Shown here: in pieces, positions 28,768 to 38,900 of the stretch
How positions within the stretch are numbered: position 1 is the first letter of the stretch
How the letters are laid out: each line of letters opens with the position of its first letter
Source of the DNA: a virus
Taxonomy: Duplodnaviria > Caudoviricetes
DNA: 64,000 nucleotides
Reading direction: 5' to 3' (one strand)
IMG/VR virus record: IMGVR_UViG_3300030330_006886
Span: 7,026-71,025 of that record
Notes under the pieces: model-generated
Told to the model about the DNA's origin: nothing
What the model saw: only the letters and a program-made list of their open reading frames with translations
The model's database searches: none
Program-made: the position numbers and the translations under genes

Positions 28768-29845
28768 AAGGAAATCTCTCTACTCCAGGAAAACCTCCAT
28801 ATGGCAAACCTTTATTTGTATTCGCAAATCTTAGTAAACATCCGCTAAGATTTTTTGAGCATTGGTCTTGAACCCAGTTATCTGTATCATATCTTGGATC
28901 TTTGCCCGAAACATTAAAAAATGTTAAAGCGGTACCTTCAAATTCTGTTGCCATTTTACCAGTAGGCTTCGCAACAAAATACAATTTAACTTCGTCTGAT
29001 TCAGTGCTTTGAATTGTTACATAGTCGCCACTGGCATAGATTCCAGTTCTGTCGTATGAGCCAGAGTTTGCAAATGGCGAGCTAAGATTTTCTTGCCATG
29101 TCGCGTTTCCGTCTGTCGAGAATCCATATACTTCTCCTAAAAATTTATTATTGTCTGCATCTGCAACTGGTTGACCAAGAATATTTCCATCGGTTGGCAA
29201 TAGCCAAGTTGACTTTGGGTGCACATCTTTATTTCCATAATGACAGCCATTTCCTCTATAAATCCACGGACAGTAATTCGCATAAACAGTACGAGCTGGC
29301 AATTTTACAGTCTCAAGCTCTAATTCGGAAACAAGCTCAAACTCTATAGCGTTTTTATCTTCAAGTATCTTTTTGTTAATAAAATACTTTTCATCTGGAA
29401 ATTTAACAGTTTCATCTGGAGTGCCATATGGATTAATATTGTCAACAAAATTTGTTTCATCTAAATATTTTAAGAAGGTTCTTATTCTTTTTACTTTTAG
29501 TCCAACAAAATCGTCCTTTCCGTTTATAATACTAGAAATAAATCCATCAGTATTTGCTAATACCATTTTTGGCCGAGGTAAACTTCCGTCTCCCTTAATT
29601 TCAAAATCTTCAACTTCTACAGAATAAGCTTGGTATGTTTCACTATTAAAAACAATATCTCCTTGAATAACTTTCCCAGCATGAAATCTATAAATTTGTC
29701 CGCCATACTTTGCGGTATCTATTTCAAAAAGTTCAATTATTGCAGATCCTTCTAAAGACTGTATCTGTTCATTAAACTTAATCGTATCGATTTGCTCGAA
29801 TGTATCGATGTGAGAATATTGATTTGATTGAGTTTCTTCTGCCAT
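28760..29845 (-). CDS. Minor tail protein, lambda L-like
   Basis: IELFEID...RFH; LPRPKM; LPART...CPWIYRG.GC.Y...CSK..SGC.LRF...YGGFPG, giving four C-terminal Cys as in Fe-S-binding lambda L. Confidence 0.9.
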   Translation of the reverse strand: MAEETQSNQYSHIDTFEQIDTIKFNEQIQSLEGSAIIELFEIDTAKYGGQIYRFHAGKVIQGDIVFNSETYQAYSVEVEDFEIKGDGSLPRPKMVLANTDGFISSIINGKDDFVGLKVKRIRTFLKYLDETNFVDNINPYGTPDETVKFPDEKYFINKKILEDKNAIEFELVSELELETVKLPARTVYANYCPWIYRGNGCHYGNKDVHPKSTWLLPTDGNILGQPVADADNNKFLGEVYGFSTDGNATWQENLSSPFANSGSYDRTGIYASGDYVTIQSTESDEVKLYFVAKPTGKMATEFEGTALTFFNVSGKDPRYDTDNWVQDQCSKNLSGCLLRFANTNKGLPYGGFPGVERFPYG

Positions 29846-29857
29846 CTTTTATTTTAT

Positions 29858-32800
29858 TTAAATTAGTTTGATAAATCCAGCGTAAGATTCATTTTTTCCT
29901 CTTAAACCAAAATCAGCTATTTTGACCTTTTGTACCGCATCTCCCGCAGCAGAACCATCTGCGTCAAGTATTTTTAAAATATAATATCTAAATGATCCTT
30001 TATTTTCTTCGGGTATCTGAAAATATCTTATTGCCCCAGGAACTGAAACGTAAGAATTGTGCAGTGCTCCTTCTACCTCAATTAAGCTTTTTTGTTGTTC
30101 TTTATTTTCAGTATAATCTGCATCATAAACTTTTGAATTTGTTGGCACTATTCTAGCTTTTGGCATAAAATTATGATGAACCTTAGTGTGCAAAAGTGTC
30201 ATGTCTGAATCTCCGTTCAAGCCGTCTGGAGCGCCATTGTATCCATATAGCTGCCACCTCGTTGGCGCAAAAACTGTTCCGAAAACTGATTCAGTGGAGT
30301 TGCTGGCATAATGTGACTCAGAAGCTCCAGCGCTAGCAATGTGATAACACTCAGCCTGCTGTGCATTTCCATTACCAAAATCATATACTAAATAATATGG
30401 AAAAGCCCCTTGATCCATTAAAACGTAATCATTAAAAGATCCGTTGATTTCTTGGTTGAAAGCTTTCCATGCGGGATAGCTTCCATTAACAGCATTGCTT
30501 TGATTTGGAGTTGTTCTTGTGACAGAGGTAAAATCCATTTTATCAGAGCCGTTACTTTTTAGTCCTGAAATTAATCCTACAACTTTATTTTGACCAGAAG
30601 CAGTTGCTATTGCAGTTGCACTGGTAAATTTAGGAGTTAAGTATGATCCATAACCTATTTTGTTTCTATATAATTCTGAATTTTTGGCTTCAAGTTCATG
30701 TTTTCCATCTTGACCGCTACAAGGAATATTATCTGTAGGATAAAAGTCTAAGATTGCTCCATTTGTATTTATACATAATCCTCCAGTTCCACCAAATCCA
30801 AAACTTCTAGGCTCTGGTCCGTAAGTCGAGCTTATATATCTTTCTGTGTAATTTTGCACGGGATGCTCACCATTGAATCCGTCTTGACCAAAGCCTCCAC
30901 CGAAACCTCCATAACCTCCAGCATTTCTCAATGATTCTTGTTCATCAGGAAAACTAACTTTTAAACCGCTTGGATTTTGCAGAGCATAGTTGCCTCTGCC
31001 CATGACTGGCGCAGCAAGAAACATAGATGTTGCACCATTACCGCCTCTGGCTTCACCAATTTGTTCTCCAGTGCTAAGAGGAAAAGTTATTTCAGATGAC
31101 TCGCCATTTTTTGAGCTTGTTAAAACCTCAAATGTCCTGCTGCTAAACGCTCTAACTTTTGACACAAACTGTGCACAACCTTTACCTCCATCTGCTGGAG
31201 AAGGAGAAATAATTCCAGCATCGCCTCCTTCAGACGTTGATAAATTAAACCCAGCGCCACCTCCACCACCGCCACCTGGTCTCACTTCATAATAAAACTG
31301 ATCTTCTTTATTGTCTTTAGGATCATCTTTATCTGGCGTAGCAGGAACTATTTTAGCTTGTAAAGCTGGATGTGGTTTTGTGAAAGCTAGGTGATGAGTT
31401 TTTAAATCTGATTTATATGGCAAAAGTGTTTCCCTGACCCCTCTGTCTCTTGAAGATAAAGTCTTTGTATTTGGATCAAAAGTGATTATTTCTCTTGGGA
31501 TCTGAAGCGCAGTAATATTTGAAACTCTTGTACCTCCAGCACCACCGCCACCGCCTCCACCTCCGATAAATCCTTTGCATTCTAACCTAATACTAGAAGA
31601 AGCGTAATCAGAACTAATCTCAAAAGCTGTACCACCATTTCCTCCGTCATTTGGCGTAGATCCAACTGAGTAGTTTCCATCCATTTTGCCTTTTAAGTAC
31701 CTTAATGAAATTGGTCCAACTCCAGCGAGTTCTGGCAACGAGCAAAACCTAACTTCTTTTGACGACAAAGTCGACCTTTGTGAAGAGGTTACAGTGTACG
31801 CTATTGGACATTCTTTTTTGTCTCCAATTGCTCCTCCGTAAGATCTCACAGAAAAAGCGTTTGCACCTTTGCCTCCAGCACCAATTATTTGTGTTGTTTT
31901 TGGAATATATAATTCTATAGGAACTGGGTCCAATCCTCCTCCTCCACCGTATGTACTCGTAAATTTTGTTCCAGTATCCAAAGCGGGCAAGCTGGTATTT
32001 GCTGAAAATATGTACATCTCCTCATCAAATTTAAACTCAATTTTTGAAAATGCATTAACTGTTATATTTGAGTTTAACGCGTTCAATCTGTTGATTTCAT
32101 TTTGAGCGATTGTTTTTAGGTTTACATTTTTAAAACCAATATTTGATTCTGCGAAACTTTTTGCCGACTCTTTGTCCACTCTTACTGTTAAAGATGTTTT
32201 AGCAACTGTTGCGCTTGCATGTACAAATTCAGTGGCTTCAACTTTTCTCAAATTTCCTCCGTTAACATTTCCGCCAATCAAGTCTATATTTTGTGTTCTG
32301 ATTCTAAAATGATGCGCTTGACCAGGAACACATGGATAACTAAAAACTGTTGTTCCTGTTGGCTCATCGATAAGAACGCCTGTTGCGGTTTCGCCAGCTG
32401 GTAAAGATGAAGCGGGAGCAACACCAGAAACTTCTAATAAAATTCCTGTCGCCGTTAATGGTTCACTATATGTCCATTGACCAGTTAATAAAATGTCATC
32501 TTCATTAGCTTTGACATCAAACGATGCAATCGGCCCAGGAGGCACAGCTTCCGCATTTCCAGTTAAATCTATTTTTATAGTTCCACTCGGGTCTGCAAAG
32601 TTATATTGATCAGTGCTTGTAACTGTAAGTTGTGATGGCCTATTATGCGGCCCAGTATACCCAGCTCCACCATGCCCAGAAAAATAATAAAAATAACCTT
32701 CTGTAGACAAATCATCTGTAAACCAAGAATTTTGTGCTCCAGATTTTCCAGTCGTAGCAAACTCTATTTCAAAAAATCCACTTTCTTTTTGGCCAAGTTC

Positions 32801-34240
32801 AAAAATCGCACTTGCATGGCTATTGAGCTTGAATCTAGAATCTGTATTATCTTTAAATTTGTAAACTCCAGACCTTGCATGCTCTCCAGACAAATTTAAA
32901 GTTGATATAATTTTTTGATCGCCACTATTATACAAATACATGCCAGTCCCACTTTTAAAACCAGTCATAAAAATGCCGTAATCTACTTCGAAGACTGAGC
33001 CAGCAGTTCCAATTTGCTTTTCATAAGGAGCTATTACTCTACCTCCTTCATCTAAAATAAATGTTCTAAAATTTCTTGGAGTCTTATTTAAGTCTAGGGG
33101 CATTTCTTCAAACGCTGCAGACAAACTTCTATTATCATTAAAAACATAACTGTCAGACCAACCTTGGCAAACAAATATTTTATTTGCTTGTTCGTACGGA
33201 TGTGGCGGAGAAAATTTAAAACTTTCGTATCCTTTTTTATTTATTAAAAAATGACTAATTGCTTTTGCCTCATGTTCGCTCTTTCCTTGAAATTCTAAAT
33301 TTATGTCAAGCAAATTTGTATTAATACCATCATTCCATCTTTCAACATAATTTCTGTTTAATTCACTTTTTAGTAATCGCGGCTTTTGTGGAATATTAAA
33401 AGATGTTGGTTTGAAATAAAATGTATCGTTAGTCCATAAAGTGCTTGCGCCAGTTGGCCCATTAGCAGCAGTAGCGATACCAGATCCTTTGCCAGTGTGA
33501 TAATAAAATCCACTAAAGTTTGAAATATTGTGTCCACTAAAATAAACAATATCATAAGTACCATATGTTGCTCCCGCTGCCCAAAAACCTGAAGTGTTAT
33601 CTAAATTTATTTCTTTGTTTTTCCAATTTGTTAACGAGTCTTCGCTTTTATCAAACAATGCGCTAATATTATGTACATTAGTAAATACTTGATTATGATC
33701 AAACTCTTCGCAATAATATTTGCCTGTTTGATTATAAGGTCTAAAAGGTGTAAAGTTAAAACCTGTTAATATTAAGTCTCCTTGATATTCTGTATGTAAA
33801 TTTGGATAAGCTCCAGCAGTCCCAGACGCAGCACCAGTATAACCTTCTTCGAACCTGTGTCCTAAGAAATGTAAAATTGCTTTTGCTTCTTTTGTTGTTC
33901 GCCCTTGAAAACTTAGGTTATATTTTACTTTTAGATTGTTATGCGATTTAGGTAGTAATGTGTAATAGCCGTCTCCAAAAGTGTGTTTATTATTTTCCGC
34001 GCTAAAAGAAACGCTGGAGTTATAAGAGGGCGTGCTTGGAAAACTTCTTGTCCATTTAGTGTTTGTTCCTGTGGGTGACAAGCTTGTGTTTGACGCGGAG
34101 CTGTTATCTGCAGTTGCATAATAGTAGCCAGACTCAAAAGGATTACAGCCCGTGACACTATGGCCAGAAAAAAATACAACATCAAACTTTTTATAAGATT
34201 GAGTTGGACTCCATCCAGATATATCAAAATCTACCTTCAT
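29858..34240 (-). CDS. Extended distal tail protein: two lambda M-like domains plus FN3-like, glycine-rich and discoidin-like C-terminal parts (1460 aa)
   Basis: FGDGY...NLSFQGRTTKEAKAILHFL and a second copy NLEFQGKSEHEAKAISHFL...FKFSPPHPY; located between the tape measure and L. Confidence 0.75.
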   Translation of the reverse strand: MKVDFDISGWSPTQSYKKFDVVFFSGHSVTGCNPFESGYYYATADNSSASNTSLSPTGTNTKWTRSFPSTPSYNSSVSFSAENNKHTFGDGYYTLLPKSHNNLKVKYNLSFQGRTTKEAKAILHFLGHRFEEGYTGAASGTAGAYPNLHTEYQGDLILTGFNFTPFRPYNQTGKYYCEEFDHNQVFTNVHNISALFDKSEDSLTNWKNKEINLDNTSGFWAAGATYGTYDIVYFSGHNISNFSGFYYHTGKGSGIATAANGPTGASTLWTNDTFYFKPTSFNIPQKPRLLKSELNRNYVERWNDGINTNLLDINLEFQGKSEHEAKAISHFLINKKGYESFKFSPPHPYEQANKIFVCQGWSDSYVFNDNRSLSAAFEEMPLDLNKTPRNFRTFILDEGGRVIAPYEKQIGTAGSVFEVDYGIFMTGFKSGTGMYLYNSGDQKIISTLNLSGEHARSGVYKFKDNTDSRFKLNSHASAIFELGQKESGFFEIEFATTGKSGAQNSWFTDDLSTEGYFYYFSGHGGAGYTGPHNRPSQLTVTSTDQYNFADPSGTIKIDLTGNAEAVPPGPIASFDVKANEDDILLTGQWTYSEPLTATGILLEVSGVAPASSLPAGETATGVLIDEPTGTTVFSYPCVPGQAHHFRIRTQNIDLIGGNVNGGNLRKVEATEFVHASATVAKTSLTVRVDKESAKSFAESNIGFKNVNLKTIAQNEINRLNALNSNITVNAFSKIEFKFDEEMYIFSANTSLPALDTGTKFTSTYGGGGGLDPVPIELYIPKTTQIIGAGGKGANAFSVRSYGGAIGDKKECPIAYTVTSSQRSTLSSKEVRFCSLPELAGVGPISLRYLKGKMDGNYSVGSTPNDGGNGGTAFEISSDYASSSIRLECKGFIGGGGGGGGAGGTRVSNITALQIPREIITFDPNTKTLSSRDRGVRETLLPYKSDLKTHHLAFTKPHPALQAKIVPATPDKDDPKDNKEDQFYYEVRPGGGGGGGAGFNLSTSEGGDAGIISPSPADGGKGCAQFVSKVRAFSSRTFEVLTSSKNGESSEITFPLSTGEQIGEARGGNGATSMFLAAPVMGRGNYALQNPSGLKVSFPDEQESLRNAGGYGGFGGGFGQDGFNGEHPVQNYTERYISSTYGPEPRSFGFGGTGGLCINTNGAILDFYPTDNIPCSGQDGKHELEAKNSELYRNKIGYGSYLTPKFTSATAIATASGQNKVVGLISGLKSNGSDKMDFTSVTRTTPNQSNAVNGSYPAWKAFNQEINGSFNDYVLMDQGAFPYYLVYDFGNGNAQQAECYHIASAGASESHYASNSTESVFGTVFAPTRWQLYGYNGAPDGLNGDSDMTLLHTKVHHNFMPKARIVPTNSKVYDADYTENKEQQKSLIEVEGALHNSYVSVPGAIRYFQIPEENKGSFRYYILKILDADGSAAGDAVQKVKIADFGLRGKNESYAGFIKLI

Positions 34241-35013
34241 TACTGAAAAACTTGCCTAACCGATATTACACCATTTAAATAGTTTTGCGCAGAAACTGTA
34301 AGATTTTGGCTTACAATCTGGCCACTGCATCTTAACTTTTCCAAAGTATGATTTGAATTCATGTCTAGCATATGGCAAGTAATTTCCGCATGATTTCCAG
34401 AGACAGCTAGTACGTCTCCAATATTGTCTCCACGTATGGTCATGTTTACTTCAACTCCTTGTTTTGTTACTCTTGTAGGAGTTGTTTCTCCTGCTAAATA
34501 TATTGGCATTCTTTGTGCAGATACAGAATAAGAAACAGATAATGTATTGTTAATGTTTGATGGCGTACCTACAACAAAAGATCTGATACCGTGCGCATAT
34601 TTGTTTGTCCAATTGCTTAAACTTGTTGGATTGCTAAAATTAGAAGATATGTTACTTGTTAATGCGCTGTAAAAGTCCATATTAGAAGATATCATTACTG
34701 GTGAATATGGTTCTACATCTAAACTAAATGATGTTGTGTAAGCATCGGAAAATCCCAATCCGCCAAAGCTTCCGTTGCGTGTATCGGCTTCATTAATTCC
34801 AGTGATATCAAGATATGTTGGTAATGCTCCAGTCATATAATATTCAAATGACATTTGACCCTTCAGACCATTTGTCGGCGCATACCTTTCTATTTCTCCA
34901 TATATGTTTCTTGATTCTGATAATGAAGCTTCAACATTAATAGATGCCGTATCAGCAAAGATATCGTCATTACCTACTTTTACTAAAACATCTTCGTATT
35001 TTAAAAATGCCAT
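34240..35013 (-). CDS. Tube-like tail protein (possible baseplate tube ring)
   Basis: All-beta pattern; segments YTTSFSLDV and LSVSYSVSAQRMPIY resemble the tube paralogues; positioned between the tape measure and Dit. Confidence 0.5.
   Translation of the reverse strand: MAFLKYEDVLVKVGNDDIFADTASINVEASLSESRNIYGEIERYAPTNGLKGQMSFEYYMTGALPTYLDITGINEADTRNGSFGGLGFSDAYTTSFSLDVEPYSPVMISSNMDFYSALTSNISSNFSNPTSLSNWTNKYAHGIRSFVVGTPSNINNTLSVSYSVSAQRMPIYLAGETTPTRVTKQGVEVNMTIRGDNIGDVLAVSGNHAEITCHMLDMNSNHTLEKLRCSGQIVSQNLTVSAQNYLNGVISVRQVFQ
34266..34271 (-). promoter_or_regulatory. GTGTAA motif embedded in coding sequence
   Basis: GGTGTAATATC, 25 nt upstream of ATG 34240. Confidence 0.45.
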
Positions 35014-35906
35014 TATCGTTTATTAGAATATTTTTTGTAAGTTAAGTTAACTGTTATTGCGCCGCCTACATCAGAACTAAAACTTTCAGATATTAATCTA
35101 GATTTTGACAAATCAAACTTTATAATCTCACTGCCAGAATCGTCATTAATTGTTATGTCAACGGGGTGAACATGTATGCCTGTTAATGCTCCATATAAAT
35201 TCTTTGTTTCATAATCATCAATTTCAAGTGTGAAATTTGTTGTAGATTCTACTGGGTAAATTAAATCGACTTGTGCTGGCATTTTCCATTTAACATCATC
35301 ACCAAGAATATCTGCGGTTGCAGCTGTTGGTAAAGCATAAATTGGCTCTCGCGGCAATTCAACCGTGTGACTAAACGAAGTAATTCTATTTGTGCTTGAT
35401 CCGTCACATGTTAAAACTATGCCACCTTGATCTGGTACACGTATCGTGGGATTATCTGCTGCCGCTGCACCACCATTATATCTAGCATCAATACCTGGGC
35501 CTAAATCTCCAAATACAGATATAGAAGCTTGCACAGATGGAACTTCTCCAATGCCACAAGATATGCTGTAACTATTAAGGTATCCACTATGAAAACCAAA
35601 TGAACCACTTAAATTATTTTCAAGTGTTCCTCCTATGTTTGGTTTTTCATAAAATATTGTTCCACTAAAAGCATAAGTTGGCCCATCTCCTGTTAAGTTT
35701 AAAAATGGATCTTCGCTTATCAATGCGCGACTAACAGTAAAGTTGCCTTGCATTGGCTGCGATATTAATCCAGTAACATATCCAAAACCAATAAAGTTTA
35801 CATTTTTTTCTGTAACACCATAATTACCTTCAACACTTTGAACACCAGAGATACCAGTGCCATTTATAAATATTGATTGGTTATATGATAGTGAAGCGTT
35901 TTTCAT
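35013..35906 (-). CDS. Tube-like tail protein (possible baseplate tube ring)
   Basis: GYLNSYSISCGIGEVPSVQASI parallels GFITNYSVNASVGAVPTASV of 46452-47687; second half ITSFSHTVELPREPIY. Confidence 0.6.
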   Translation of the reverse strand: MKNASLSYNQSIFINGTGISGVQSVEGNYGVTEKNVNFIGFGYVTGLISQPMQGNFTVSRALISEDPFLNLTGDGPTYAFSGTIFYEKPNIGGTLENNLSGSFGFHSGYLNSYSISCGIGEVPSVQASISVFGDLGPGIDARYNGGAAAADNPTIRVPDQGGIVLTCDGSSTNRITSFSHTVELPREPIYALPTAATADILGDDVKWKMPAQVDLIYPVESTTNFTLEIDDYETKNLYGALTGIHVHPVDITINDDSGSEIIKFDLSKSRLISESFSSDVGGAITVNLTYKKYSNKR

Positions 35907-38900
35907 TATGGTTTAGCGTATGGATCTCTTAATTTACCACCAACACGTTTTTCACTTTCAATAACTTGAAGAACTGCGTGTCTTATTTTGCGACCTAAGT
36001 CACGGCCGTTGGATTGACGATCATTATTTGTGCCCGATGCATCTTCGCTGATCGTTGGGCCTGTTGCACCCATATTGACTGCGATGTTAACAGTGTTGTT
36101 GTTTGTTGAACTTGATGCGTCAGAAGATTTTGCAGAACCCTCTTGTGGAACAAATTTTTGGTTTCCGACCATTCCGCCAGACTGAAAGCGGTTCATGCTG
36201 TTTAGCATGTTACTTCCATATTTTCTTACTGCTCCAGCGTTGACTACAAACTCTCCACCAGTTAGCATTGCGGGTATATTATCGATTGAGCCGCCACGTT
36301 GCTTTTTAGGCATGAAGATATCTGGATATTGTTGACGAAATAGCTTGTCATTTGCATCCTTTATATTAAGGCCGCGCATTTGTCTTGTAGGATCAAATAA
36401 AGGCTCATCTGTGCTGAGATACTCGAATACGGTATCATCAACTTGTTTTTCTATTGCTTGCTCAAATTTTTGGTGAATACCCAACCCACCAAGACCTCTG
36501 TGTTCTGGCAGCGGAATTACACCATATTTTCCGCCTACGCTTAATGCCTCATTATACATATGCTGAGCCATGGCCGCTCTGTCACCAGGTTTTATTCCTG
36601 CTTTGCGAAATGTATTCATTAAAGCTCCAGCTCTGCCTCCGTGCGCGTCGGATTGAGCAACCGCTTTGTTCATAGACATACCTGACGCCAAGTTCTTACC
36701 GAGCTGAAAGTGTTGATCACTCATCCGAATTGCTCTGTTAGCTGATGCTGTGCCAGTAAATCTTGGAGCCATTGGTGTCCCTTGCCTTCCGCCAAACGGA
36801 GTTAAAGAAAGTGGGCCAGGAACCATGTTAAATCCTGGAGCAGGAAGATCTGCTGCGCCTGGAGATTGATCTCCATGTCCGTAACCAGCAGCTGTGTCAA
36901 TTAAGCTTTGATCTGGAGTAAACTTTTTCTTAAACAAATTTCCACTCATTAAAGCACTCAAACCTACGTTGATTCCTGTACTTACAACTGTTGATACAAG
37001 TTGATCTCTTTCTGCTTGTTTTTGGAATTGTTTTTGAATGTCTTTTTGTCGTTCTTGTCTTAAAAATCCACGAGTAGCTTGTAATGTAGGATCGTTTGCA
37101 TGAGCTAACGAACTTAAATTTGGATTAAATATTCCTAAATTTAGTCCAATACCACCGCCGCCAGCTGCAGATCCTCCACCGCTTGGTCCAAACGATGCAT
37201 GGCCAAATTTATCCAAAGCTTTTTTTCTGTGCTTTGAAGGTACTCCGCCAAAAACTCCACCGTTTTGAAATCTTGGAAACATACCAAAATTAATTGAATC
37301 AAGGGCGCCTGGTCCGCCCATGGCTTTTACTGCATTTCTGTTAAGAACATATTCGCCGTCTTCGAGCATTGCTGGATTTTTGTCGCCTGTTCGACTGCCA
37401 GAAATGTACATACCTCTTTGCCCTTTATCTGGCGTACCAATTCCAAAAAAGTTGCCCAGTTTTCCGCCTACAAAATCAGCAACTTGTCCTGAAGCTTGTT
37501 GATTAATTGATCCTAAAGTTCCCATCAACAAATTCATTCCGATTTTACTTGCACTCATTGATGGATCGGCAATACTTTGCAGCGCGCTTTGTAGTGAATT
37601 TTTGAATCCTTCGATTCCTGCAATCAATGGGCCGTTTTTACTCATTAGATCGGCCATCTTCTTTTGAGCTTTGATAAAATCTTCTTGAGCGTTGGCGTTA
37701 ATTTCTAATAGTTTAGCAGAATTTTTTAAATTTTCGGCAAATTCTTGAAGCTTTTTTCTTGAGTCATCCATGATGTCTAACTCTGAACCTTCAAATTCAA
37801 CCTTGCCTGCTCCAAACTTTAATTTATCAGTTGCTGCAACCGCGGCACCAATATCTCCGCCTGCTAATGCGCTCGATAAAGTTTGCATTAGTTTTTGGTT
37901 TTGAGGGGTTGCGCTTAGGGGTAACGCTCCAAACCGACCTGCGAAGTCAGAAGCCAAATTTCTTTGGTCTAGATTTTTTTGCAAATTAGCTTCGTTCATT
38001 TGATCTAAAAACGCTTCCCTTGCGGTTGCCCTTGCTCCTCCAAATCTACCAACTAAGTCAAGCCGAGCTTGTTGTGAAATGCCTCTCACCCTTGCGGCAC
38101 CAGCTTCTCGAGCTTGAAATTGAGTATTTCCTGTTCTTGATCTTAGCAAATTTAATCTCATGGCATCAAACTCAGGCTGAAGATTTATACCCTCGGGGCC
38201 ACCGAGAGGGCCAGGTCCACTAGGCCCAGCAGTGTTAAGTTCACGCATAAGACGTCCTAATTTACTATCCCCAAGTAAACCTTGATTCCTTAGATCGCCC
38301 TGTCCGATATTTTCCTTAAATTCATTAGCTTGAGTGAAGCCGATGCCCATACTTTCAAGAAAATTTAAATCTCTGATATTACCTCCACTTAATAAGAGAG
38401 CGTTTATTTTCTGTTGATCCTCTCTTGACAAACTAGAGAGGTCCGAAGCAACACCTCTTAGTTGCTCATCGGTCATGGTATCTCTGTTGTCTATTAAGCT
38501 GTGAAGCGCTAAGCCTGCGCGTTTTCTTGTTACATTGTCAGAAATTCTTGAAGCTTCTTGGGTTTGAATTTCTCCCATTGTTCTGACACCTTTAGAGAAA
38601 CCTCCTGATTGTTCCGCTTCATTAAAAGCTTTTGTCAATTTAGATTTTAAAGTTGGATCTTTAATATCTTTTAAAGCATCTCTGCCCTTTTGTAACGCAC
38701 CTTTAAATTGTGATGGATTTGATCTAGATTCGCTTGCGGCTATCAAAGCTTGACGAGCTGTGTCGCCTAACGTTTGATCATTTTGTCTTTGAATCATAGT
38801 TGACTCTAACAACAAACCTCTTTCGTCTAGACTTAAATTGCCTTGTCCACCTGCGCTATGCCCAGCCAAGTATGCAGCGCCAGTACCCGCTAAAACTAAG

